A stretch of DNA of 64,000 nucleotides from the human T2T-CHM13v2.0 reference genome, Homo sapiens. The notes below the pieces were generated by a model that was not told the origin of the DNA, did no database searches, and saw only the letters and a program-made list of their open reading frames with translations. The stretch lies in NCBI RefSeq assembly GCF_009914755.1, contig NC_060927.1, one strand, 5' to 3'. Positions 13,650-26,414 of the stretch are shown here, piece after piece (positions within the stretch are counted from its first letter, which is position 1; every line of letters starts with the position of its first letter). A program made the translations under genes and the position numbers.

Positions 13650-14180
13650 GTATTAGTTATCTTATGCCAAAGCTTAATGCCTTAAAGCTACAGACATTGT
13701 AGCTACAGACATTTACTATTGTACAGTACCTGTGAGTCAGGACTCTGGGTGCAGCTTAGCTGAGTCCTCTGGCTCAGGATCTTCCATGAGGCTGAAATGA
13801 AAGTGTTGTTGAGGGTTGCGGACTCATCTGAAGGCTCAACAGAGGAAATGCTTTCACCGTCACTCATGAGATCATTAGCAGGATTCAGTTAGCTCCTTGT
13901 GGTTTGTTGGCCAGAGACCTCTCTTACCTCCTTGCCACATAGGCTTCTCCGTAGGGTAGCTCATAGTGAGCTAGTTTACTTTGAATAGGACAAGCAAGAG
14001 AGAGTGAGCAAGATAGAAGCTGGAGTTTTTTGTAACTTAATCTTGGAATGGATATCTTATTACTTTTCCCATATTCTGTTTGTTTGAAGCGAGTCACTAG
14101 GTCCAGCCCACAGTCAAGGAGAGAGCATGAGTTCCAGGAGGCAAGAATCATTGAGAGTTATCCTAAAAGCACCTGCCACA
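13650..14180. mobile_element. MLT1-family MaLR LTR inserted within L2 sequence (L2 at ~13304-13649 and ~14181-14620)
   Basis: tgtgagtcaggactctgggtgcagcttagctgagtcctctggctcagg...gtcactaggtccagccca...ctgccaca. Confidence 0.75.
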
Positions 14181-14875
14181 ACCTGTAAGTCCTACATGAT
14201 TTGACCCCTATTACCCTCTAATCTCAGCTCCTTCTACTTCCCTTTTGCCCACTCAACCACAGCCACACTACCTCCTTGTTCTTCAGTCACACCAACCTTG
14301 CTGCTACCTCAGGGCCTTTGCACCTGCCATGCCTTTTCCATGGGACATTTTTCCTCCAGATACCTTCACCACTGGTTCCATCATTTCCTTCAGGTCTCTC
14401 CTCAAATATTTTCTCAGCAGGGACCTTCCTTATCACCACATGTAAAATAAAAACTCTTCCTCTTCCATATCCCCAGCGTTCTCTCCTCTTCACATCTGCT
14501 TGTTCACCACCTGATATGATTTGTATTTCTTTATCTTCTCCCTCTGCTAGATGTTAAGTTTCATGGGACAGATATTTTATATTTCTTGTTCACTCCTTTA
14601 GCCTTAATACTTGGAAAAGGAGAACATCCTCCTATATGCCACATTGTAGACGGTCTTCATCTTTAATGAATGAAGACAGTGGGGTCTCAATGGGAGGTAT
14701 TGTAGAAGTTAAATGTCCTCAGATACCCTACATACAGGACAGCATGATTCCTCTCTGATTTGTTTTTAAACTCAGGGTCTCAGTGGAAGGCATATCAGCA
14801 TAGGATGGGCTGTACAGACTATTGCTCTCGTCCTTGACACCCCACTCATCTGTTTCAAGGTCACACCTCTGCTCT

Positions 14876-15093
14876 GTTTTGTTTTGTGTTGTTTTTTTGA
14901 GATAGGATCTCACTCGGTCACTCAGACTGGAGTGCAGTGACTGGAATGAATCACTGCAGCCTTGATCTCCTGAACTCAAGCAATCCTCCCTCCTCAGGCT
15001 CCTGTGTAGCTGGGATCATAGGCATGTGCCACCACATCTAATTAATTTTTGCATTTTTTGTAGAAACGGGATTTTACCATGTTGCCAAGGCTG
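14876..15093 (-). mobile_element. Truncated AluJ
   Basis: Reverse Alu right arm plus part of the left arm. Confidence 0.88.
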
Positions 15094-15569
15094 CACTTCT
15101 GCTTTAGATAGTAGATATTCCTCCTGGAGACTTAGCTATCCTTGAGCAGTATTCCTAATTTCCGTGGCCCTCGTAACTTTCTCCTCTTCTGTGTATTAAT
15201 GAGTATTTCAATGGGAAATACTTATTGGCTAGCATCTTAATCTAGACTCTAAATTTCCCATTTTTCTCAAATAATTTCAAGAGAGTATGACTGAGTTTCT
15301 TCCCCTCTCATTTGGAGACTGCCTTTTCCAGCCCAGTAGAGCCATAGATTATGAAAGGGTTCTTATTTCCCCATTTTGCCTTGGCTCCTTCAGCCGGCCT
15401 CCTGGTTTTAGTAGTACCAGAGCTCTGGCAGTGTCCTACTGGTTGGTGGTTGGGTTTCTTTGCCCTGCCATGCTTTAAGGTAAGTGTTGGCAGTGCCAGG
15501 AAAGGATCCTAACTCTGACTTCTTCGAACCTGTCAGGTCCTGAAAAGTGCCTGGGTGTTGGCCTTGGGA

Positions 15570-15770
15570 AGAGTTGCATCCAGATTCCCACTCCACCATT
15601 TACTAGTGGTGTGACGTTGAGCAAATGACCTAAGCTGTCTGTGTCTTCGTATGTAATGTGGCAGTACAATACCCACGTGTTTTGGTTACTATGAGGCTTA
15701 GAGAAAATTAAGTATTATGCTTGGAAAATACATGGCACGAAATTGGGTGCTCAGTAAATGCTGATAATGG
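15570..15770 (+). mobile_element. MIR
   Basis: ctccaccatttactagtggtgtgacgttgagcaaatgacctaa...ggtgctcagtaaatg. Confidence 0.75.
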
Positions 15771-18700
15771 TGTTGTAATTGCCCTTATCCAAATACTTAG
15801 TATAATAATGTCATAGTTTTGATATTGTGATTCACCACTAAATGAACAAAGAATGGTGAGGATCGTGTTGTGTTATCTATGCTAACCCCATCTCCTGCAA
15901 CTGCATTTATAAGTCTGCAGTTAATTCTGTGCATGACTTGTGTAATGTTGCTTTCCTTTCCATGCTTCCATTTCTTCTGTAAAATAAGGACATGGAACTA
16001 TATCAGAGTAACAAATAGGTTTAATCTCTTATGTCAACTCCAGTTGATCAGTAATGGATACCTGGAAAACAGATTAAAAAAAAAAATTATGAGGCCTTGT
16101 CTGGGCTCAGCAGATAACTTTGTCATGATCTATTAGCAATGTCTGCAATGGATAGAAAGGCTGGTGGCAGCTATTCTGAAATTCTCCAGGCCTGGACTAA
16201 ATGCTCTCTAAGACCCTTCTCAGATCCCCAGTCCTCTGATTTGTTATCAAGGTCGTCTTGATGGGCCTTTGTAGCTGGCTGACATCCTATCCTGTCCACC
16301 CAAATGAATATTCAGTGTGATTGGAGTAAAACGTAGATATGAGTAGTCCAGTTAAGAATCTGAAAGGGATTATATATCAGTAAAAATAAATAAAAATTAA
16401 AATAAAAAAGAATCTGAAAGGGAAGTGGTTGATTAGGCAGCTGCTTCTCTGAATGGGGTAGGGGTTTCTTTGAGACTGCATTGCAATTTGAGTCTAAAAA
16501 ATAAAGCATTTTAATCAAAAGAGCAAAAGGATGGTTCCCTAAAGTCATGCATGCAGATCATAGCCCAGCAATGCCATGTGGAGTTGGAATATAATTTTGT
16601 GTGGGTTTCTGTCAATAGCATTTAGCAATGGATACAGGGATGGGTTTTCCCAAACTGGAAACAGTAATTTCCTGACCTGCAATAGAAAGTTATAGGTTTC
16701 TAACGGTTGTTGGATAATTATGTGAATGTGTGCTACAGATAGATTATTTTAGAAATTAGTTTAACCACTTCCTTTGATATTTAGGATCTAAGATAAAGGT
16801 GTCTTGTTTCAGGGGTACTTGGTTAACTCAAGCAAGGAGATTTGATTTGCACAGACCTTCAGGAAGAAATCTGTGTGTGCATCACTTTTTAGTCTTGCCA
16901 TTTTTATAAGGAAAAATGAAACCCTTAGTAATCCACTGGCATTTTATAATCTTAAGCAAAAGATTCTTCCTGTGGGGTCAGGGATATTTGCCTTATTTGT
17001 AAAAGCTTTTCAGATATAAAGTTGATTCTAGGTCTTCCTTCTCCAAAATCTCTATGGCAGAGTACATTCTTCATGCCCCCTTTTTTTATGCCTCACTACA
17101 GACAGCTACAATATCTGTGAATTTATGATCCCTGGCAAGGCAAAAATCACCCGTCTGTAGCCATACTGTTCTACTAAATATGACGAAAGAACTATATTTT
17201 TAGTTTTCTCAGAAACAATCAACACTAAACGTGATTTTTGTCCACAGTGTACCCTCAGCAAGGCTTCTATGACAGAAGGACATTTTTATAAGGGAATCTA
17301 TGAATATGACAGCAGCAATAAACAGCTGAAAATAATCTATGAGGCGTTTGCAAATTACCCCTCATGAGCTGTAGTGGTTGTGAAAGATAATTTGTGGTTC
17401 TCACAGAATACCCTGCAAATTGGGTCTTTCATCTGCAATGTTTTTTACAGTTAAAACATTTCATTTCTCATATTAACAAATGATAACTCTGCATTTGTTA
17501 ATGTAAACAATTTGATTTATATTTTTTTCTGTGCTGAGAAGCTGTTGACATTTCAGGGTAAGTAATTATTTTCATTGCCAACTGCTGTTTGTGGTGACTG
17601 TAGGCAAAAGATAGAAATCTGAATATAAGTATGCATCATTTTAATCATTTTCCTTAAAGACTGCCCATAAAGCAGGAAGTCTGTTTGCCTGAGTTATCAT
17701 CTGTACTTAGAAATCTAAAAGGATATAAGTGTTGACAAGCAAGGATTCTAGTCACGTTCAGGGTTTTCTGTGGTGGATCAGAAACTCCCTCATGTAATCT
17801 CTGTGGGTAGGGGGACTGGGTTGACCTCCACTGTCACCAAACCTCTGGCAGGGCCCAGTGCACTTGCTGACTGAAATCACTGCATTAAAACGAAGCATGC
17901 GTTATTGACCTCAGTAGCTCTCAGCTAATGTAATATCCGTTCAAGTGGCTCATGGGGTGGGTGTCAGGATTACACAAGAACGCCTTGCACTGTGTCTGGT
18001 ACACGGTACACGGTGTGAGCTCTGGAAACATTTGGTGAAACTGGGACAAGGTATAAAAACGTATAATTCCTTTCTCACACTGCCTTCTTGGCCAAGCATC
18101 CTCAGTCCAGGGCCATGGAAAGAAAGGTTTTTTCACTTGGAAAGTAGTCACTACGTCCATAAAGAAGGATATTGAGCCATGTCCACTGAGTGGCCCATGG
18201 AGAGGAGGTGCCAGGGCCTGGGACAGAGCTGATGGGTCAGCAGGCTTTCCTTGGGGTCTTTCTTTGATCTACAATTTAAGGTATTTCAGTTTCTTTCGAT
18301 ATTCAGAAAAAAATTACCATCGAAATTTAAACTTTGTCCCCTAGAAAAATCATCTAGCAAAATTGCTGCTCCAGAAAGGTGGTCCATCTTTAGCCTCTGG
18401 GTGTGTGGGGCCCACACTAGCTATGAAGCACCATGGCAGGTGTAGATTGTCTCTGTGATTATTAGAGGTGCATCCGTGTGAGACCTGCACAGTAGGAAGT
18501 GATAGGTTCACCCGTTTCCCTGCATCTATCCCATACACATGTGAACCTTCCATTCACATTTCAGTTAGAGAATGGACTACTGATTTAGGATCCAAACCAA
18601 TCATTACATGGCCTGAAGGAGTGAATGTAGAGCCAGTACCCTGAGTAGCAAATGTGTTTTATCCTTTGAACCAACTCCAGTTGATTAGTTCTGGTTGCCT

Positions 18701-20045
18701 ACAGTGCTGTCTTAAGGCATCTGTGGTGCTGAGCTAGGAAGAGTGCTGAGATTGATTAGCAATGTCTGTCATGGCCTCTGGAGGGACAGCTGGCCCTATA
18801 TTTGCCATTCTCTGCTTTTAACATGTCCATAACTTCTCTGTCCTCTCTTCTTGTGTAAAATGATTTTAATACTAACAGGTGACTGTGAGCATCATGAGAG
18901 AGAACAGGTAGATTCCACTTTAAGAAAACCTAGCATGAGAAAATGCAAAATTTACAAAATGCATAAATCTGGAGCCAATTATTTCTATTACAGAAAGATT
19001 CCATGAAAGGTTCCTTTAAATAGCCAGCTCCCCTACTGCATTAAAATGATGATTCAATTTACAAAAATTCACTTTGCATGCAACTCTTCAAGACCATGTC
19101 TGTGGAGTAAAGCCAGCCACACCTGATTTTTTAAAACCATGGCCTAAATAACATTGAGGATAGCTGCCGCCACCTATCTTGAGTCTCTTGGTAATTCCCA
19201 CTCTCTGCAGTCTTCCTTCTTACTCCTATCCCAGTGTGGGGAGTAGACAATCTGGGTGGTGGACAACAGCTGCTGGCTTCCACCCTGACACGGCTGCATT
19301 TCATTAGTGGGTAAACTGATTGCTCAGAGTATGTTTATGTGTGGGTGTGGTTGTACAACTCTATGCACTCTGTGCGCTATGTATGCAGATACAGATACAC
19401 AAAAGTCATTATCTCGCTCTCAGCCCAACCTAAATTCATTCCTGCTGTAAGAGTTATAAATGGAAGGTTCCAATCCCTTGGTGGATATGGCCTTTTGGTA
19501 ATATCTGCCCCAAATTCTGGCTCCCCATCCTCTTTGTGTTTGTTTATATGTTATTTACCCTTGCATCAGAAAACTTCCCCAGACTCAGGGCCTGAGTCCT
19601 ATTATCCGGACATGGAATCTTCTTCTTCCTCTGAGGCCTAGAAAGCCCCAAATGGTTTTCTGATTTAGAAAATGAAATAGACTTTGACTCTTGTGGCAAG
19701 CTATGAAATTCCCAACCAACAGCTTCCACTAAATTTATAACATATACAACATCTAAAAGTATCACTGATCTAGCATGAACTCGAATTATAGAGGCATTCA
19801 ATGCCCATCGGGTAAGATCACCAGCCTCTTCCCAAGCACTCAAAATTGGGCAGTTTTCCAGTGGACCATAAAGCTCCCAGGAATGCTGATTGGCATGTGT
19901 GTTTGAATTTCTGGTGCTTTGTAAAAGGAACTTAATCCACAGAAGAGTACCTGGAAGAGATGGCATCTTCCCTTTCTCTGTGTGTGTCTTACCCCCACAT
20001 AGAATCGTCGTAATAACTTCCCAGGCCCAGAGCACAAGTATCATC

Positions 20046-20051
20046 TTTATT
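20046..20051 (-). terminator. Probable LRTM1 polyadenylation signal (AATAAA)
   Basis: tttatt on + strand is AATAAA on minus, about 200 nt after the stop codon. Confidence 0.65.
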
Positions 20052-20117
20052 TTACCTATAGTATTTTAAAAATCGCAACATAAATTCCTCCCCAGAAATA
20101 TTTTTTACAGACACATC

Positions 20118-20151
20118 TTTTTTTTTTCTTTTTTTTTTTTTTTTTTTTTTT
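20118..20151. repeat. Poly-T tract (poly-A on the LRTM1 strand, inside the 3' UTR)
   Basis: About 33 T residues with one C interruption. Confidence 0.95.
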
Positions 20152-20254
20152 GTCTTTTGGCAAAAGCAAAATCAGACTAACAGGAAACACATCAGCCCTA
20201 CTCAGACACTATCTTCTGGCCTGCAATGACCAATCCTATTTGAGACAAAAGCTC

Positions 20255-20688
20255 TCAGGCTGGTGAGCTGTCAAATCGCTCTTTTTCTTCCACCTTCCCA
20301 GGATCATTGGTTTGAGCCAAGGGTCCCCCATGGTACTGGGCTGTGATTGCCGCATAGGTGCAGCCATAGATGGCAGCTGCCAACATCATGAGACACACAA
20401 TCCCACACACAACGCCAGTGATGATGACAGTGGCAATGGCATGACGCAGGTTGGCCGGCCTTGGCTTGGGTTTGAGCTCGCACTCCAAGAGTTCTCGCTC
20501 CCCCGCGTTGTGGTTCTCAGGAGGCCTCAGGACCACACCGTGGGCAGAGCCGGGCCACTGAGCCTGCGAGGACACTGGATCAGGAGCAGGAAGAGGGCAG
20601 GGCTGGTACAGCTCATGAGGGATCCTAAGGAGGTCCTTTCCCTTCCAGGTGTCTGGTGATTCACAGATGATGCCGTCTGTTAGTCCCC
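20255..20688 (-). CDS. LRTM1: LRTM1 exon 3 coding part: rest of LRRCT, stalk, transmembrane helix, short cytoplasmic tail
   Basis: Acceptor tttgcttttgttttttaaag|GGGGACTA. Hydrophobic AIATVIITGVVCGIVCLMMLAAAIYGC segment. Stop TGA at 20257-20255. Exons total 7+597+434=1038 nt = 345 aa + stop. Confidence 0.96.
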
Positions 20689-22994
20689 CTTTAAAAAACA
20701 AAAGCAAAGAACAATAACAAAGCCTTGATACAACAGAGTTCCAAAATCCTCTGCCTGCAAAAACTTAGGCAGATGGAATTTATGAAGTACCTTTTTTTTT
20801 TTTAAATCCTGGAGTCAAAGAATTTAACAACCATATTTTATGATTTTAGGATTCCTAAATTGGCTAAATACTAAAAATGCCACACACTAAATTGGCAATT
20901 ACTTATGACCAAGAATTCATTAGAAGCCCAGTAACCTTCATGTTCTCTAAATGCTCAGAGAAAACAATGCAAAAGCTGACAAGAAGGCACGCTGGGGGCC
21001 GATGGTGAGGGCACAGCTGCCCACTGCATTCGTGCCACGCATGGTCCTAGTGAGCCCCACAGACAAGAAAACTTTTGTACCAGATTCCCATTGAAAATCT
21101 AAGGAAAAAATAAAATAAATGTGCATTGTTGTGATGTTATGTGTTTATTACAAAGATCCTGTGTGTCTCAACACTGTTCAGTGATGCCAAATGGAGAGGT
21201 GGAATGGTCTTGGAGTGATCTGTGGATTTGACAATACTGGAAGTTTAGTTCCTGGAATTCGGTACCATGAATGTGTCTCCTCAGGCCTCAGAACATTTAC
21301 GGCTTTGAATACTGAACTTTCCAGTGGGTTATTAAACCCAGTTTCCATTACCTGTAAGGTGATTGATATCCTCAGGTGTGTAGACTGCTGTTGGTCGGGG
21401 GAATTTGGGTGGTCGGTCATTCTTTCCTAGAGAGAGCCCTGAGCTAGCAGACTGAAGTCTAGTCTAGTGTGACCACTGATTTACTCTTTGACTTTGGGAA
21501 AATGTGCTTCGCTGACTTAATTTTCTGCCATGAAAACATGCTATTTGTATCCAACTTGATGGTTTACAAAGCACTGTTAGATAAGTCCTAATACTCCACT
21601 CTTGTAGGTAACTCTTGTCCAGACTCACAGAGGTCACGAGTGGATGAAACAACATCCAAACCCAGTTCTCCATGCTCAGTCCAAGTTTTTTCCACTACAC
21701 TCGCTGCCTCGCCACATCCTCCTCTCAGGAGCGTTGTGAGGTCAGAGGAGTGGGCAGGATGGCCCTCGGCACTGTCTGCTAGGAAGCCTTTTGATTGGAC
21801 AGAACTGCCCCATGACCTGCACCTTGGCCCTCTCAGGCTGCCATAAGCACCTCCCCTAGGCCAGCCGAAAAGACTGGCACTGCAGTTAGCAAAGTTAGAT
21901 TGGAGGAGATTCTTAGTACACACAGTAAGTGAATTAGGAAATTATACCAGAAAGACATATGTAGAGGGCATCACTTCAACATTATTAGCACCCTCCATTG
22001 CATGGCACTTCAGAGTTTTAGGAATGCTTTCACATTTACTCTCTCTAAGCTTACTACAAGATAAGTCATAAGTGGCCCTGTAAGTAGATAGGGCCTATCT
22101 TGCAGTGCAAGGATTATCAGGTGGCCCCAACACACCAGGGTGAGTGGCAGTGGCAAAATTCAACCCATGTCCTTTTTGTTGCCACTGCTTAAAACTGAAT
22201 CACCCACCACCAGAGTGTCTTGGGTTCCTCCTGGCTTCTCTAGCAATCCTTTGAGGAAACAGTCCTCACCCTAAAGCAGAAAGATAAAAGGGGAATTTCT
22301 TCCTTTTTTGAGCCACTGATTTTCCTGAGGCCAGAGGTTCAGAGCAGCTGCTCCAGATGAGTTCAAAGTGCCATTGAGATTAAGGATTCTTGCCTCATGG
22401 ACCATTTCATTCCTCTGCACCTGACCATAGGAGCCTCTGCCAGGAAGTTGGTTGCAAGACAAAAAGGTCAGAGAGACAGAAATGAAGTGATGGGGCTTTG
22501 AGAAGTAGTCGTGATATTTAATCCAGCCAGAGAGCATGGAGACTTCTATCAGGGGAAGCAAGACCACCTGCCAGGGGGATGGACAGGTTCATCAGCTGAC
22601 TTCCACCTTGACTAGGGTGGTTTACCCAATCACCCCAGACTTAAGAACTGTGTTTCTCCAGTTCCAGACTTTCTGTTGTTCGGTATTAAGGTGGGAGCCA
22701 CAGCCTCTGGACCCAGAGCCAAGGAAATACCCAGACTGGAGCCTGGGACATAGCTGGAAGGCAGGGGCTATGGCTGCCAAATGCTCTGTGGTCTCCTGTG
22801 CAGGTGATCCTCAGCCGGGATGCAACTCCCACTCTCCACCATTTCATGGGCCATGACCCCCTCGTCAAATCTGCTGATTACAGCTTGAGGGTCCCACATC
22901 CTTCTAGATTAATGTAACTGACAATGCAAGAAGCTCCAGCTTGCCAAGCACTCATTGTTCTCTATCTGATCACTAGTAGCTCTTCACCTCTGTC

Positions 22995-23210
22995 TTGGGA
23001 GAAACTAGATTCAAATCTTGAGTCTGAACATTACGTAGCTGTGCAGCCGTGAAAAACTCCCTTGACCACGTTGTGCCTCTGCTTGCTCATCTGGAAAGTG
23101 GGAGATGAGGATAATTAAAATTCACTTCCCAAGATTGCTCTGAGGACTCAGTTGGATAAAATATATCAAGTATTTAGCATAATACCTAGCTCAGAGTAAA
23201 TGTTTAGTGA
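22995..23210 (+). mobile_element. MIR
   Basis: gattcaaatcttg...tagctgtgcagcc...gctcatctggaaagtggg. Confidence 0.7.
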
Positions 23211-23289
23211 AGTGAAGATGACTTGTTTACTAGTAAATAGAGAGAAATATTAATCATACAATCTGTGTGCATATTTCTTTGGAGGAGAT

Positions 23290-23682
23290 ATTATTATGTA
23301 TTCACCAAAGCACATCTTTTTGCTCTTAGGCCAGCAGGAAGACTAAATTTTCCCACTTTTTGTGGTCTATTTGAGGCCATGTGATTGAATTCTGGACAAT
23401 GGAATTCAATTAATTGAATTAATTAATGCCACCTCCAGGCCATAAAGCCCCCGTGTAATCCGCCATGCATTTTGTTCCCACTTGGGGATGACCTTAGAGG
23501 CCACGTGATAAACTTGGCGACATCACAAGCTCGAGGGGTCTTATGTCCCTAAATGACTGCATGGAATGCAGACCATGCCCCCATTTCCTTTGAACTCTGC
23601 CATGAATGAGCAACAGATTTTATTGCATATATAACTAAAGTCTGGGCTAGTCTGTTATGTCGGTTAGCCTGCCCTAATACCT
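23290..23682. mobile_element. Old MLT1 MaLR LTR
   Basis: ggccatgtgattgaattctggacaatggaat...gtccctaaatgactgcatgga...tagcctgccctaatac. Confidence 0.65.
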
Positions 23683-24454
23683 GTAGTGTTTGCATTTGTT
23701 TATATATCTTTTTTTAAAAGAAGATCTTGACTCATATCTGTTCCCTTATTTTGCCTGTATTCAATATATCTATAATCAGACTGTCTCCCATGTTTGACAC
23801 ATATTTGGATTTTTCCTAGTTATGTTGGGACATCCAGGTCTTATTACCCCAAATCAATTTCTGCCTTCCTCCGAAGAAAAGCTGTGATCTGTACTCATGC
23901 AGCTCTGTTGTGACGGCGTGTTGAAATGCGTCACAGAATCTGAGGACTGGAATGGGCCGTAGGAACTCCCTGACTTAAAACTATCAGTTTCCCTCTGGTG
24001 ACACTGAGTGCTAGGGAAGTGTACTAATTTTCCCAAAGACCACCAGCAAGTTTGTGGCAGAGTAGGGCACATTTCATCCCATCCCAGGTTGCTTCCAGTG
24101 CCCTAGTCCTGGGAACTTTTTTTTTTTTTTTTTAATCAAGAAATGTTCTTTAATGAAAACTATCTTTCTGTGTTGGCTGGCCTGTGCTTACAATTTAATC
24201 CACAATACAATAGTTCAAGCCACTTTACCTGTAGACGTAAACAATTTTATTTGTAACCTCTTATAAGGAAGATGTTGCCATAGTATGTGGCTCCTGTTGC
24301 TGGTTGGCTTGAATGTCGACTGGATATTGATTATGTAATTTACTATTACATTGTTGAGAAGGATTTATTCAATATCGTACGTTTTAACCCATGTTGTATT
24401 CACCCTAACCTCATTCCCGCTGAGAACCGCTACAACCATGCAGACACTGTTGAC

Positions 24455-25470
24455 TTCCCTAATTCATGTCTGTAGCTCCAACATCTTCCTGAGCTTCGGG
24501 CTTAAATATACAACCTCCAACTCAACGACTCCCCATGGATATGTACAGAACATCTCAAACTTGACATGCCCCAAGCTGAAGTCCTAATTGACCACCTCCC
24601 CAACACACTCACTCACTCCCCCCAGTCCCCTCTTTGCCCCTTGTCAGCTGAAGGCATCACCATTTACTTGATTACCACTGCAGGACAAATCAAAATAGAC
24701 TTTCCCATAATTATGGTCTTCTCTTAGTCATCCACTCCAACCCATTAGCAATGTCTGCCAGTTCAGTATTCCAAGTATCTCCCAGCATTGATCATGTCTC
24801 ACCACCCTGGTTTGGGCCACCATCATCTTCGCTGGCTGACTGAAATCATCTTCTCCCTCATCTCCCTGGTTCTTCTTCTGCAGCCTTTCGTCAGTTCTCC
24901 CAAGAGTCTACAGAGTGACCTTTTACATTGTAATCAGATCCTATTGTTCCCTTGACTAAAACTCTTCAAGAGCTTTCCATCTCACTTAAAGTCCAAGCAT
25001 CTTGGCCTTCTCTGCACACTTCTGCATGATCTGACCCCCAAGTACTGGTGTTGTCTTGTCTGTGTCTACTCACTCCCTTCCTCTGCACTGGCCACTGTCT
25101 TGTCCCTCTTTTTGTCCTGCAGCCAAGCCAAGTTTTCCCCCTCATCAAGCCCTTTGCGTTCACTATTCCTTCCCCCAGTTATCTCATGGCTCATTCCTCC
25201 TCAGTCTTTGGGTTCTGCTCAGCCATGTCACCTCCTTGGAGACATCTTCCCATCCATCCTATCAAAAATGAGACCCACATTCTATCACTCTCCCCTTCCC
25301 CTGCCTCATTGTTTCTTAGCACTAACTGCTATTCTAAACATGTATCTTTATTTATCATCTTATTTAACATCTGTTTCTACTACCAGAATGGAATCTCTGT
25401 GATGGTTAGGCACTGCCATCTTCTCAGTGCCTGGCATACAAAAGGCACTCAAATATAGAAATGAATGAAT
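24455..25470 (+). mobile_element. L2 3' region
   Basis: catctcaaacttgacatgccc...cagtgcctggcataca...aatgaatgaat. Confidence 0.78.
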
Positions 25471-25626
25471 CATGCTGAGAGCTAGGAAGAGTGAAGCACT
25501 GTGAAGTGGAGGAAAGAATGTCGGGTCAAGACCCAAAAGCCATGCCTTCTGTTCTCACCTGGGCTTCTGCTCTGTGATCTTGGGCAAGTCACTGAACCTC
25601 TCTGGGACTCTGTTGCCCATTGACAA

Positions 25627-25818
25627 CAGGGGTTGGCAAACTTTTCTGTAAAGGGCCAGATAGACAATACAGCCCCTGTCACAACTACTCTGCTTTTATA
25701 GTGCAAAGCAACCACTCACTCATTATATAATGAATGGGCATGGCTGTGTTCCAATAAAACTTTATTTACAGAAACGGGAGATGGGCTGTGGCCCTGGGGC
25801 TGTAGTTTGCTAACCCTG
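25627..25818. mobile_element. MER58A (following a MIR fragment at ~25540-25626)
   Basis: caggggttggcaaacttttctgtaaagggccagatag...ccaataaaactttatttaca...tagtttgctaaccctg. Confidence 0.88.
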
Positions 25819-26414
25819 GGTGGTTTCCAGAGTCCCTCATCTTTAATAGTCTGAGATCTCTTGCTTTGCTGTTGTCATCATGTTAAAGAAATTGTGAGTA
25901 ACTTTAGAGAGAGGCCCTGTTGCACCCAATTTCAGTGACATTGGTGTTTGCTAAAGCAGAAAGGACAATTTTAGAAAAGAATTACAGTTGTCAAATGGGT
26001 AGAAGCAGACAAAGAGAGAAAAATATCCCAGAGAGAGATAACCATACCCACAATTGGATCAGACTTGATAATAAGAGGTTGGTGTTATTTGGGGTTGAGC
26101 AGTTATTCAGGTGGTGATTGAATGTCCTCCTTCTTAATAGCATACTCCCAGATAAGTAACTTCTTGTTATATTAATTAAACAAGTGAAAGTTATCTCCAT
26201 GCAACATATTTGTAGATTAATTTCGAACCTGAATTTAAACACCTTCTAATGACTCACTTGACTCTTTTGCCATACCGTGAAATGGCACCGATGTGTAAAA
26301 GCCCAAATCCACCCCTTACACACTCCTCCACATTCTTTCTAATGCAGAGAACAGATGAGATTCATCCTAGGCTGGTAACACACAGATGGGGGGTTCCAAA
26401 TAGACATGACTGAC

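Noticed and set aside
19544-20044. 166-aa minus-strand ORF just downstream of LRTM1
   Set aside because: No recognisable domain or splice link, and it starts at the putative polyA region. Consistent with a chance ORF.
20689-20707. N-terminal extension MLLFFK on the LRTM1 exon 3 ORF
   Set aside because: It is the translated polypyrimidine tract of the splice acceptor.
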